Source of the DNA: an uncultured Planctomycetales bacterium
GTDB taxonomy: Bacteria > Omnitrophota > Gorgyraeia > Gygaellales > Profunditerraquicolaceae
Assembly (NCBI GenBank): GCA_964487475.1
Contig: CAZAPM010000003.1
Span: 62,778-126,777 of the forward strand
Reading direction: 5' to 3'
Length of the DNA: 64,000 nt
Shown: piece after piece, positions 21,467-30,657 of the stretch
Layout of the letters: each line of letters opens with the position of its first letter
Numbering within the stretch: position 1 is the first letter of the stretch
Program-made: the position numbers and the translations under genes
Notes under the pieces: model-generated
Databases searched by the model: none
What the model was told of the DNA's origin: nothing
The model's input: only the letters and a program-made list of their open reading frames with translations

Positions 21467-22343
21467 ACTTCTCTAATTTCCACTCCGCTTCGCGCAGGAC
21501 CAGCTCCATGACCTTCTGCGGCATATGGTCGTCGTTGGCGATGGATTCCTTCTTCGCGATCTCGGAAAAGACCAGGTACAGCTTCACCTGTTTCCGGGCC
21601 TGCGGCTCGATATCCTGCGCGATCTTCTTCTCCTGCGCGTCGATCTGCTCGCGAGGCACGCCTTTCATCGCCAGGTTGATCTTGGTCTGACGCAGCATTT
21701 CCTGCTGCTGACGCGCCACCATCGACTGGGGCAGGCGGATATCCACCTGGTCGAGCAGGAAATCCACCACCGCGTCCTCGCGCTTCTGGCGGGCGGCATG
21801 GTCCTTGTTGAGCAATATCTGCGCCTGAAGGGCCTTCTCCAGTTCGGACATGTTCGGATACCCCAGGGATTTGGCGACGGAATCATCCAGCGCCTCGATC
21901 TTCCTGGATTCCTTGAGGGCGTCGAGCTGCTTCTTCACCTCGTCCGGGGTCACCTCGGAGACCCGGTAGGACACCGGGACCTTCTTGTATTCCTTAAGCT
22001 TGATCTCGGGGTAGATATCCACCGTGGCCTTGAAGGAAAGGCTCGCCCGGTCCAGCTTGACGTCGGTGATCTCGGGAAGCTCGAGCACCTCCACCTTCTC
22101 CTGGTCCACGGCCTGGGTGTAGAGTTCCGGCACCAGCTCCTTCAGCACCTGCTCGTGTGCCTGCGCGGAAAAGTTCTTCTCGATCATATCGCGCGGCGCA
22201 TGCCCCTGGCGGAAACCAGGAAGTTTGGCTTCCTTGGTGATCTCCTGGAACACCGATTCGAATTTAGCCTTTACCACATCGCCGGTGACGGCAATGGAAA
22301 GTTCCTTTTTCCCGTTTTCGAGTTTCTTCACTTCTACTTTCAT
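21465..22343 (-). CDS. tig: Trigger factor, short form lacking the FKBP/PPIase domain
   Basis: 292 aa. The N-terminal ribosome-binding domain and the C-terminal arm domain both align to TF. The ~100-aa PPIase insert is absent. Confidence 0.8.
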   Translation of the reverse strand: MKVEVKKLENGKKELSIAVTGDVVKAKFESVFQEITKEAKLPGFRQGHAPRDMIEKNFSAQAHEQVLKELVPELYTQAVDQEKVEVLELPEITDVKLDRASLSFKATVDIYPEIKLKEYKKVPVSYRVSEVTPDEVKKQLDALKESRKIEALDDSVAKSLGYPNMSELEKALQAQILLNKDHAARQKREDAVVDFLLDQVDIRLPQSMVARQQQEMLRQTKINLAMKGVPREQIDAQEKKIAQDIEPQARKQVKLYLVFSEIAKKESIANDDHMPQKVMELVLREAEWKLEK

Positions 22344-22418
22344 TGATACCCTTTCGTATGCATTACTATTTTGTTGTTTTGCTATCTTCCGTCCTATTGC
22401 GAAAAATCCTACGGCACT

Positions 22419-22447
22419 GTACCCCGCCTAATAGGATAGGCGGGTAC
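22419..22447. repeat. Hairpin with loop TAATAGGATA (stem gtaCCCCGCC/GGCGGGtac); copy 1 of a shared-loop motif
   Basis: Seen directly in sequence. A second copy with a different stem but near-identical loop lies at 28904-28927. It is flanked by three further hairpins (22452-22467, 22471-22494, 22495-22511) and an inverted TCCTATT at 22392. Confidence 0.5.
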
Positions 22448-22507
22448 GCCGCTTCCTGCGGCGTTATACCCCAGCTTAAAGGAATGCTGGGTATGACGCT
22501 TCCGGCG

Positions 22508-23230
22508 TCACATCCTGAACTTCTCTCCCAAATAGATCTGGCGCGCTTTGGGATCGTTGATGAGGTCCTGCGCCGAACCCGAAATAAGTATCTTTCCGTC
22601 CGCGATCAGATACGCGCGGTCGGTGATGGAAAGCGTCTCCCGCACGTTATGATCGGTAAGCAGGATGCCCAGGCCCTTGGCCCTGAGCTCCTTGATGATC
22701 TCCTGCGCTTCGCTGACCACGATCGGGTCGATCCCGGAAAAGGGTTCGTCCAGCAAAATGAACGAGGGGTTGGTCACCAGCGCCCGCGTGATCTCCAGGC
22801 GGCGCCGCTCCCCGCCGGAAAGCGTGAACGCCTTATGCTTCGACAGATGCGCGATATTGAGCTCCTCCAGCAGGCTGGCCAGCCGGCGCTTGCGCTCATG
22901 CCGGCCGATGGGCAGCGTCTCGAGGATCGCCATGATATTCTCTTCGACGGTAAGCTTACGGAACACCGAAGGCTCCTGCGAAAGGTAGCCGATACCGAAG
23001 CGCGCCCGCTCGTGGATAGGCAGCCGGGTGATATCCTGATTGTCGAACACGATCTGCCCGCGCAGCGGCGGGATCACCCCGACGATCATGTAGAAGGTCG
23101 TGGTCTTGCCCGCGCCGTTAGGACCGAGCAGCCCCACGATCTCTCCGCGCTTGACCAGAAGGTTCACCCCTTTGACCACTTCACGGCCACCGTATGATTT
23201 TGCCAGGTCTTTGACTTCAAGCAGATGCAT
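22508..23230 (-). CDS. lptB: LPS export ABC transporter ATP-binding protein
   Basis: Walker A GPNGAGKTT, signature LSGGERRR, Walker B and H-loop. The start is taken at MHLLEV. Confidence 0.9.
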   Translation of the reverse strand: MHLLEVKDLAKSYGGREVVKGVNLLVKRGEIVGLLGPNGAGKTTTFYMIVGVIPPLRGQIVFDNQDITRLPIHERARFGIGYLSQEPSVFRKLTVEENIMAILETLPIGRHERKRRLASLLEELNIAHLSKHKAFTLSGGERRRLEITRALVTNPSFILLDEPFSGIDPIVVSEAQEIIKELRAKGLGILLTDHNVRETLSITDRAYLIADGKILISGSAQDLINDPKARQIYLGEKFRM

Positions 23231-23243
23231 CGCCGCCGCTCCT

Positions 23244-24251
23244 TTACTGAGGCCCGAAAGACTTAAGCTCGCCCACGTCATTGATGACCAGTTTGGGCCG
23301 GCCGGTCAGGGTGATCTTCTGGTCGTCGTTGGAGTACACCGCTTCGTCGCTGTAAGAGATGTTCTCCCCTTTGATGATGCGCACATTGCCCTTGCAGACG
23401 ATCTTGCGGATCTTGCCGGCGTCGATACCCGGGGATTGTTCCGGAACAGAAGCTTTTGCCCGCACCCCGGCTTCACCCGCGACAGAATCTTTTGAAGCTG
23501 CACCCGAGCTTACAGGAATGCTCGGTGTTCCCGCTTCTCGGGAAAAGTGCACTTCCATCTGGTCGCAGTAGATCACCGACTCCTGACGGTCCGCCTTCAC
23601 GTTGTTCTTGAACACCGCCACGTTAGTCCGGTAATCTATCTCCAGCGGCCCGTCGCACGAGATGAGCACCTGGTTATCCCCGGCGAAATTCGGCCCCCGG
23701 GAGGGATTGATCGCCACCTGCACGTCCTTCTGCAGGGTCATCTGGTTCAAGTTCGGCTGCCCGACCGCGCCGGTGGCGGTCGTGGTCATGGTATCCCTCT
23801 GGATGTTGACCTTATCCTTGGTCGAGACCACCTGAAGCTTATTGTCCCAATCCAGGCTGTCGGTCTTGAGCGTGCCTCCGGAAGAAGTAGTGATCACCAC
23901 GTCATCCTGCAGATGCACCTTGCCGTCCGCCTTGTTGAAGTCGCCGTTCTTGGCCACAAGGGTGACCTGCTCCTTCTCCCCGTAAAGATTCCCGGTGATG
24001 CCGGTCAGCTGCACGACGTTGTCGTACATCACGGCAGATTTTCCGGCCAGGTCCCAGCTTTTCTTCCCCTTGTCGGCGTAATCGATGTAGAACTCGTCCA
24101 TCTGCTGCTGCGCGCCCGGCGCCATATCCATCGGCGCGACGCTCGCCTCGGGTACTTTCTTCCCCTTGGAACGCGCCGCCCATGCCGGGGACGCCCCCGA
24201 GACCGCCGCCATCAATACCACCACCCACACCGCTGTCCGGTTACACATCAT
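23244..24251 (-). CDS. LptC-LptA fusion-like periplasmic LPS-transport protein (two OstA-like beta-jellyroll halves)
   Basis: 335 aa. The N-terminal anchor/signal and an LptC-like first half are followed by an LptA-like second half (..KGNVRIIKGENISYSDEAVYSNDDQKITLTG..). It sits between kdsC and lptB as lptC/lptA do in E. coli. Confidence 0.7.
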   Translation of the reverse strand: MMCNRTAVWVVVLMAAVSGASPAWAARSKGKKVPEASVAPMDMAPGAQQQMDEFYIDYADKGKKSWDLAGKSAVMYDNVVQLTGITGNLYGEKEQVTLVAKNGDFNKADGKVHLQDDVVITTSSGGTLKTDSLDWDNKLQVVSTKDKVNIQRDTMTTTATGAVGQPNLNQMTLQKDVQVAINPSRGPNFAGDNQVLISCDGPLEIDYRTNVAVFKNNVKADRQESVIYCDQMEVHFSREAGTPSIPVSSGAASKDSVAGEAGVRAKASVPEQSPGIDAGKIRKIVCKGNVRIIKGENISYSDEAVYSNDDQKITLTGRPKLVINDVGELKSFGPQ

Positions 24252-24768
24252 AAGTCTTCATGGCCTCCCGCCACTTGCCCTGGGATCGTATGATCAGCTC
24301 CGCGACCTCCCGCACCGCGCCGCGGCCTCCGGCTTTCCTGGTCACATAGCCGGCATGCTTCTTGATCTCCTGAGACGCATTCGCCACCGCCACGGGAAAC
24401 CCGACCCGCTTGATCAGCGCCAGATCGACCAGGTCGTCCGCGACGAAACACACCTGCTCCGCCTTAACGCGGTATTTCTCCTGGATGTGAGGAAGCACGC
24501 TGGACTTAGGGAACACGTCCGCGAACACCTCCGCCACTCCCATATCTTTGGCCCGGGGCGCGATGGTACCCGACCCCTTGGCGGTCACCAGCACCGCAGG
24601 GATACCCACCAGCTTCAGCAAATGCACCCCCAACCCGTCATGCACGTCGAAGAACTTCATGTCCCGGCCGGAGGAATCGTACACGATCCTTCCGTCGGTA
24701 AGCACCCCGTCGACGTCCAAAAGCACGATCCTGACCCGTTTTGCCAGCTGCGTGACGGAGCGTGCCAT
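24241..24768 (-). CDS. kdsC: KDO 8-phosphate phosphatase (HAD-IIIA)
   Basis: 175 aa with the LLDVDGVLTDG motif. Confidence 0.85.
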   Translation of the reverse strand: MARSVTQLAKRVRIVLLDVDGVLTDGRIVYDSSGRDMKFFDVHDGLGVHLLKLVGIPAVLVTAKGSGTIAPRAKDMGVAEVFADVFPKSSVLPHIQEKYRVKAEQVCFVADDLVDLALIKRVGFPVAVANASQEIKKHAGYVTRKAGGRGAVREVAELIIRSQGKWREAMKTYDV

Positions 24769-24771
24769 AGG

Positions 24772-25746
24772 TTATGCCATCACTCCTGCGCGCAAAAGGT
24801 CCTGGACGTCGAGCACGCCCACCGGCCTGCGCCGGGTATCGATCACCGGGACCTCGTCGATCTTCTTCTGCTGCAGGATGCGCATCGCCTCCGCCGCCAG
24901 CATATCCGGGGACACCGCCGTCGGAGTGCGGGTCATCACGTCCCCTACGCAGCGGGAAAGCAGCTGGGGATCGGCCTCCAGATGCCGCCGCAGATCCCCG
25001 TCGGTAAATATCCCCGCCAGGCAGCCTTTTGCGTCCACCACCGTCGCGCTTCCGGCGCGGGAGTGGGTGATCTTCATCAGCACCCGGGAGACCTTCTCCT
25101 CCCGGCGCACCACCGGGTTCGACGCGCCCTTGCGCATGATATCCCCGACGGTAAGCAGCAGCTTCCGGCCCAGGGCTCCCCCGGGATGGAAGAGGGCGAA
25201 ATCCTTGGCTTCGAATTTTTTAAGCTCCAGCAGGCAGACCGCCAGCGCGTCCGCCATGGCCAGCGTCGCGGTGGTGGAGGCGGTAGGCGCCAGGTTCAAC
25301 GGGCACGCTTCCTTCTCCACCGACACGTCCAACACCACGTCACTGTAACGCGCCAGGTCGGACTTGACGTTGCCGGTCAACGCGATGATCCGGCATCCGA
25401 TGCGCTTTAAGACCGGCATAAGCTGCTTGATCTCGGCCGTGGACCCGCTGTTGGAAAGCAGGATCACCACGTCATCCGCCGTCACTTTGCCCAGGTCGCC
25501 GTGCGCCGCTTCCGCCACGTGCAAAAAGAGGCTCGGCGTGCCGGTGGAGGAAAGGGTCGCCGAGAGCTTCTGCGCGATGATCCCGGTCTTGCCCATGCCG
25601 CTTACCACCACCCGGCCCTTGGAGGAAAAAATAAGCCCCAGCGCCTTGTTGAAATGCGGGCCGAGAGACCTCTTCAGACGCATCACCGCCTTGGCCTCTA
25701 TATCCAGCACTTCCTTTGCCCGGGCAACCTTATCGATCTTAGGCAT
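24772..25746 (-). CDS. kdsD: Arabinose-5-phosphate isomerase (SIS + tandem CBS)
   Basis: 324 aa with an SIS domain (VVSGMGKTG) and two CBS domains. Confidence 0.9.
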   Translation of the reverse strand: MPKIDKVARAKEVLDIEAKAVMRLKRSLGPHFNKALGLIFSSKGRVVVSGMGKTGIIAQKLSATLSSTGTPSLFLHVAEAAHGDLGKVTADDVVILLSNSGSTAEIKQLMPVLKRIGCRIIALTGNVKSDLARYSDVVLDVSVEKEACPLNLAPTASTTATLAMADALAVCLLELKKFEAKDFALFHPGGALGRKLLLTVGDIMRKGASNPVVRREEKVSRVLMKITHSRAGSATVVDAKGCLAGIFTDGDLRRHLEADPQLLSRCVGDVMTRTPTAVSPDMLAAEAMRILQQKKIDEVPVIDTRRRPVGVLDVQDLLRAGVMA

Positions 25747-25750
25747 ATAC

Positions 25751-26575
25751 TTACCCCTGCCGCAATGCGTTGCGGATCTTCTTGACCTGCGTAATGAGTT
25801 TTCCCAGATCCTTCAGAAATATCATGTTCGGCCCGTCGCACAGCGCCCGTTCCGGGTCAGGGTGCACTTCCAGGAAAAGACCGTCGCACCCGAACGCCAC
25901 CGCCGCGCGGCAAAGCCCCTCCACGAACTCGCGCTGGCCGCCGGAAGAAGTCCCCTTGCCGCCCGGTATCTGCACGCTGTGCGTGGCGTCATACACCACG
26001 GGATAACCGAAATCCCGTACGATCTTCAATGCCCGGAAATCGGTCACCAGGTTGTTGTACCCGAAACTCGCACCCCGCTCGGTGACCAGGATGCGTTTGT
26101 TGCCGCTGGCCTCGATCTTACGGATGATCGGCAGCATATCCCAGGGCGCCATGAACTGCCCCTTCTTGATATTCACCACTTTCCCGCTTTTGGCCACCGC
26201 CACCACCAGGTCGGTCTGGCGGCAAAGGAGCGCCGGCACCTGGATCACATCCAGGACCTCCGCCGCCTCTTTGACCTCGCTGACCGCATGCACGTCGCTT
26301 AACACCGGCACTTTGCAGGTCTGCCTGACCTTCCAGAGCACTTCCAGGCCTTTCTTAATCCCCGGCCCGCGGAAGGAATCCAGGGACATCCGGTTGGCCT
26401 TGTCATAGCTCGACTTGAAAATGAACGGGATCTCCAGGGTATCCGCCAGTTCCTTGAGCCGACGGGCGGCATCCAGACATCCCCGCTCCGACTCGATGAC
26501 GCACGGACCGGCGATGAGCGCCAGCGGGCTGCGGTCGCCGATCTTGAAGCCGGTCTTTATCGCCACCTGCTGCAT
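25751..26575 (-). CDS. kdsA: 3-deoxy-8-phosphooctulonate synthase
   Basis: 274 aa DAHP-synthase-I/KDO8PS fold with LIAGPCVIES and GCDGLFLEVH motifs. Confidence 0.95.
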   Translation of the reverse strand: MQQVAIKTGFKIGDRSPLALIAGPCVIESERGCLDAARRLKELADTLEIPFIFKSSYDKANRMSLDSFRGPGIKKGLEVLWKVRQTCKVPVLSDVHAVSEVKEAAEVLDVIQVPALLCRQTDLVVAVAKSGKVVNIKKGQFMAPWDMLPIIRKIEASGNKRILVTERGASFGYNNLVTDFRALKIVRDFGYPVVYDATHSVQIPGGKGTSSGGQREFVEGLCRAAVAFGCDGLFLEVHPDPERALCDGPNMIFLKDLGKLITQVKKIRNALRQG

Positions 26576-27315
26576 CAGTGCCCTTCCTTTTTCAGGTATT
26601 CCTTGAGACGCTCCAGGTCGGCGGGAGTATCCACGCCGATGGTCTCGAACTTGGTCTCGATGACCTTGATCTTATACCCTTCCTCGAGCACGCGCAGCTG
26701 CTCGAGCTTTTCCGTCTGCTCCAGCCTCGACTGCGGCAGGTTCTTATAGGTGAAAAGGAAATCCTTGGTATACGCGTACAACCCGATATGCTTGTAATGG
26801 ACCGTTTCCGCGGCGTCGGAGTTGACCGCCCGGTGGGGAATGGCCGCGCGGGAGAAGTACAGCGCGAAACCGTTGCGGTCCACCACCACCTTGACCACGT
26901 GCGGGTCCTGCACCTCGGCGGGATCCTCGATCCGCTTCATCACCGTGGCCATGGGGATGTTCTTATGGTCCATCAGGGTGCGTGCCAGGGTGTCGATCAT
27001 CAAGGGGGACACCAGCGGCTCATCCCCCTGGATATTGACCACGACCCTGACCTCCAGCGGGTTGACCACCTCGATGATCCGGTCGGTGCCCGAAGGATGC
27101 CCCTTGGAAGTGAACACCACGTGCGCGCCGAAGGCCTTGGCCGCCGCCAGCACCCGCTCGTCGTCGCAGGCGATGATCACCTCGTCAAGCACCTTGGCCT
27201 CTTTGGCCCGCTCCCACACATGCTGCAGCATGGGCTTGCCGTTGATATCCGCCAGCACCTTGCCTTCGAAACGCGTCGATGAGAACCGCGCCGGGATAAC
27301 TCCGATACACTCCAT
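26575..27315 (-). CDS. kdsB: CMP-KDO synthetase
   Basis: 246 aa with GVIPARFSSTRFEGK N-terminal motif. TGATG overlap with kdsA. Confidence 0.9.
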   Translation of the reverse strand: MECIGVIPARFSSTRFEGKVLADINGKPMLQHVWERAKEAKVLDEVIIACDDERVLAAAKAFGAHVVFTSKGHPSGTDRIIEVVNPLEVRVVVNIQGDEPLVSPLMIDTLARTLMDHKNIPMATVMKRIEDPAEVQDPHVVKVVVDRNGFALYFSRAAIPHRAVNSDAAETVHYKHIGLYAYTKDFLFTYKNLPQSRLEQTEKLEQLRVLEEGYKIKVIETKFETIGVDTPADLERLKEYLKKEGH

Positions 27316-27318
27316 TGG

Positions 27319-28347
27319 CTACATGCCCCTTTCTATCGCCTGCACCAGTTCCTTGCGGGTCGTCACCGCGGTACCGACCTTGCCTACCACGATCCCCGCG
27401 GCAAAATTCGAGATATACGCCGCTTCCCTCTTCGAAGCGCCGCTGGCCAGCGCCAGGGTGAACGTCGAGATGACCGTATCCCCCGCGCCGGAGACATCGA
27501 ACACCTCCTGGGCCACGGTCGGGATGCTCGTCACCTGGCGGTTGGACTCGACCAGTTTCATCCCGTGCTCCCCCAGCGTCACCAGCACTGACTCCAGGTC
27601 GAGATACTCCAGGATCTCCCGGGCGGCGGATTCCACCACTTCCTCGGTATGCAGCCGGTCGGTGTTGACCTTGAAATTGTTGGTGGTATCGCTTATCTTA
27701 AGGTTCCGGACCGCATTCTCCAGTTCCTTGCGGTTGGGAGTGATCGTGGTCACGCCCCGGTAATACTGAAAATGCTCCTGCTTCGGATCGACGGTGATGA
27801 TCTTGCCGTGCTGACGGGCCAGAGCGATCACCTTTTCCAGCAGAGGTATATTGATCACTCCCTTGCCGTAATCCTCTATGATAATAGCATCGAATTCCTT
27901 GATCGTGCGGGCAATGAACCCGCTGATCTTCTCGTTGGCCGCCCTGGTGAGCGGATCGGTATGCTCCCAGTCCACGCGCACCACCTGCTGATGTCCGGCG
28001 ATGATGCGGGTCTTGACCGTCGTATCCCGCCCGGGGATCCGGAAGATGCCGCGCAAAGGTATGCCGCGCTTCGTAAGCTCGGCGCAAAGGATATCCCCCT
28101 GCTTGTCCCGGCCGGCCACACCCACCAGCGTGACCTTTCCCTCCAGCGCGCTGAGGTTGCCCGCCACGTTCGCGGCCCCTCCCGGCACATGGGTGCGCTT
28201 TTTAGCCCACACCACGGGAACCGGCGCTTCCGGCGATATCCTCTCCACGCTTCCCCAAAGATACTCGTCCAGGATCAAGTCGCCTAAGACCAGCACCCTG
28301 GCCTTAGGGAACCGCGCCACGATCTTCTTCAAAGCGTGCACGTGCAT
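27319..28347 (-). CDS. D-glycero-beta-D-manno-heptose-7-phosphate kinase (HldE/RfaE domain I, PfkB family), kinase-only
   Basis: Ribokinase-like fold with a C-terminal GAGD motif. The adenylyltransferase domain is not fused. The start is taken at MHVHALKK. Confidence 0.8.
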   Translation of the reverse strand: MHVHALKKIVARFPKARVLVLGDLILDEYLWGSVERISPEAPVPVVWAKKRTHVPGGAANVAGNLSALEGKVTLVGVAGRDKQGDILCAELTKRGIPLRGIFRIPGRDTTVKTRIIAGHQQVVRVDWEHTDPLTRAANEKISGFIARTIKEFDAIIIEDYGKGVINIPLLEKVIALARQHGKIITVDPKQEHFQYYRGVTTITPNRKELENAVRNLKISDTTNNFKVNTDRLHTEEVVESAAREILEYLDLESVLVTLGEHGMKLVESNRQVTSIPTVAQEVFDVSGAGDTVISTFTLALASGASKREAAYISNFAAGIVVGKVGTAVTTRKELVQAIERGM

Positions 28348-28529
28348 ACCTTCTCCCTTGCCCTCCCCTGTGCGTATGCGTATGTCGTAACGCAAGTCAG
28401 GGGAAGATGTTTTACCTTATTAATACAATCATGGAGTTTTTAAGTCTATCATAACTTTGCGGGTAAATCAATAAAAATCCCGGAATGAGTGGAGCGCATT
28501 CATCCCGGGATAAAAGGCTGGGTCAGGCG

Positions 28530-28871
28530 TCAGGAAGATTCCCGCTCGACCGCGGAAACCTGCTGCGGATCGAAAAAGTACACCGTTCCTTCCTCATGGT
28601 TGGGATTGGGGGTGATCACCAGGTACTCGTGCTGTTCATCCTCGAAGATCGCCAGAACCGGTTCATGGGGGGCGCAGGAGAGATTGCAGTCCATCTCCTT
28701 GCCTACACAGATGCAGGAATCCACCTCTCTCTTGATACGGTCGCTGAACGCGTGCACCTGCAGCTTATTGATGTGAGTATCCCTGACCTGATGCCCCGTC
28801 ACCTGTTCGGCAAACCTGCGCACGTGCTCTTTGACCTCCTCCGACATCGGCAAAATCCGGTTTCTCAGCAT
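28530..28871 (-). CDS. Hypothetical small protein with a CxC-x6-C-x3-C cluster
   Basis: ~113 aa from MLRNRILPM. It contains DSCICVGKEMDCNLSCAPHEP. No recognisable family. Confidence 0.45.
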   Translation of the reverse strand: MLRNRILPMSEEVKEHVRRFAEQVTGHQVRDTHINKLQVHAFSDRIKREVDSCICVGKEMDCNLSCAPHEPVLAIFEDEQHEYLVITPNPNHEEGTVYFFDPQQVSAVERESS

Positions 28872-28903
28872 TTCGGCCTCCTTTCGCCGTACTGTGCAAC
28901 ATT

Positions 28904-28927
28904 CCCGCGCTAATAGGATGGCGCGGG
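28904..28927. repeat. Hairpin with loop TAATAGGATG (stem CCCGCGC/GCGCGGG); copy 2 of the shared-loop motif
   Basis: Seen directly in sequence. 9/10 loop identity to 22429-22438 with fully compensatory stem changes. It lies ~33 nt upstream of the 28871 start codon on the minus strand. Confidence 0.5.
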
Positions 28928-29139
28928 GCGTTGCCTTCTGCAATGAAAAAGGCGACTTCCGGAACGGATAGTCGCCTTATCGATTTTCCTTTATCGTACG
29001 CATAGGCCCGCCTCTTGGTTTCATGTGGGGCTGATGGATGTAATTATACCCCTGCCCATTTTCATTGCAAGATTTATTTTTCATGTTATAGTAGGGACAG
29101 TTTTAACCGTAAATCGGAACCGTCCCCACAGGAGGGTGA

Positions 29140-29730
29140 ATGAACATTCTGCGCAAGATGTATGACTGGACCAAACACTGGGCCCAGAAACCCCAGGCCA
29201 TGTGGGCGCTCTTCGCCATCGCCTTCATCGAAAGCTCCTTCTTCCCCATCCCCCCGGACGTGCTCCTGATCGCCATCACGGTCTCGGACCAGAAAAAATG
29301 GCTGCGCGCGGCGACGGTGTGCACCTTAGGCTCGGTGTGCGGCGCCTTCTTGGGGTATGCCATCGGGTGGGGGCTGTACGAATCGATCGGCAAGCTGATC
29401 GTGGAGACCTACCACATGCAGCCGATGATGGACCTGGTGGGAAAAAAATACGCGGAGAATGCCTTCCTTACCGTCTTTACCGCCGCCTTCACCCCCATCC
29501 CCTACAAGGTGATCACCATCGGCGCCGGGCTCTTCAAGATCCCGCTGGTCACCCTGGCCGTGGCATCGGCCATCGGCCGGGCTGCCCGTTTCTTCCTGGT
29601 GGCGGGAACTTTGCGGATATTCGGAAAAAAGATCGAGCACGCCATCGAGAAATACTTCGACCTCTTCTCGGTCATCTTCATGGTGCTGCTGGTAGGCGGG
29701 TTCCTGGCGATCAAATACGTGTTCAAATAG
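29140..29730 (+). CDS. YqaA-family (VTT/DedA-related) inner-membrane protein
   Basis: 196 aa with a good SD (AGGAGG). YqaA-like helices and the ..FFPIPPDVLL.. motif are present. Confidence 0.75.
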   Translation: MNILRKMYDWTKHWAQKPQAMWALFAIAFIESSFFPIPPDVLLIAITVSDQKKWLRAATVCTLGSVCGAFLGYAIGWGLYESIGKLIVETYHMQPMMDLVGKKYAENAFLTVFTAAFTPIPYKVITIGAGLFKIPLVTLAVASAIGRAARFFLVAGTLRIFGKKIEHAIEKYFDLFSVIFMVLLVGGFLAIKYVFK

Positions 29731-29747
29731 GGATTCGTCGGCGGGTA

Positions 29748-30644
29748 TCAGCGCAGTATCACGCGGGGCCGGGATATCACCGGGCGGATCTTCCCTTCCA
29801 GGGGCATATCCAACGCAAAACTGACCTCGGCGTCTTTGGGTTCGGTGGCAAAGATATCCAGCATGAACACCGCATCTTCCTTCTCCGTCTTCGCGAAGAC
29901 CATCCCTTCCATCCGCAGCTGACACTCCGCATGCAGCTTCGCCTCTTTTACGGAGAGGGTGCATTTCCCCTGCAATATCCCCGCCTGCATGGTGCGGGGA
30001 GAAAGGTCCCGGAAGAAAAGCGGGGATAAACGGGCTGCGTCTATCCCCTGGCCTTCGATCGTCCCCTCCAGACGCTGCTGCATCCAATCCCCCGTGCCTG
30101 AGCCGCGGATCGTACCCCTCGGCTGACCAGCCCTGCCCGCGATATCCGCCTCCAGATAGAACCGCACTTTGGTGGAAAAGAGATGGCGGGGGTCCCTCCC
30201 AACCTTCAACAGGATATGCTCGATGGAAACGGAATACTCCGGGGAAAGGGAGGCATCGGTAATGACCAAAGTGCCCCGGCGCACATGCACGCCGGTGGCC
30301 AAGAACCGCGCCAGGGATATCCTCCTGGCCTTGCGGCAGAGGTCGATCAGGGGCACCCGGTTATGCGCATCACGGGCATAGCGGAACTCCACGTCCTGGG
30401 CCTTGACCGGAAAGAAGGGAAAGAACGCGACCTGCCGCGCGCTGATGACCCCGGAGATATCGATCCGGTGCACCGTCACTCCCTGCAATGCGGAGAAGGT
30501 GACCTTGCCCACGGAAACCGGCGCATCGAACACGCGCTCCAGGTATCCGGTCACCAGCGAGGGGCCGGCGACCGAGCAGACCGCCACCGCGACGATATAG
30601 CCGAGGAACACAAAAGAGAATATCAGCAGGAGTTTTTTCTTCAT
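29748..30644 (-). CDS. Membrane-anchored periplasmic protein, hypothetical
   Basis: 298 aa with an N-terminal TM anchor (MKKKLLLIFSFVFLGYIVAVAV) and a beta-rich periplasmic body. No recognisable motifs. Confidence 0.55.
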   Translation of the reverse strand: MKKKLLLIFSFVFLGYIVAVAVCSVAGPSLVTGYLERVFDAPVSVGKVTFSALQGVTVHRIDISGVISARQVAFFPFFPVKAQDVEFRYARDAHNRVPLIDLCRKARRISLARFLATGVHVRRGTLVITDASLSPEYSVSIEHILLKVGRDPRHLFSTKVRFYLEADIAGRAGQPRGTIRGSGTGDWMQQRLEGTIEGQGIDAARLSPLFFRDLSPRTMQAGILQGKCTLSVKEAKLHAECQLRMEGMVFAKTEKEDAVFMLDIFATEPKDAEVSFALDMPLEGKIRPVISRPRVILR

Positions 30645-30657
30645 CGGAGAACACGGA

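Noticed and set aside
22410-22520. Cluster of four hairpins considered as a possible tRNA or tmRNA-like gene.
   Set aside because: It cannot be folded into a cloverleaf: the candidate anticodon stem has a 5-nt loop and there are no T-loop (TTCRA) or acceptor/CCA features. It is kept as a structured intergenic element.
28530-28871. Cys-rich hypothetical protein considered as a ferredoxin or Zn-ribbon transcription factor.
   Set aside because: The spacing CxC-x6-C-x3-C does not match 4Fe-4S (CxxCxxCxxxCP) or classical Zn-ribbon (CxxC...CxxC) patterns. It is left as hypothetical.
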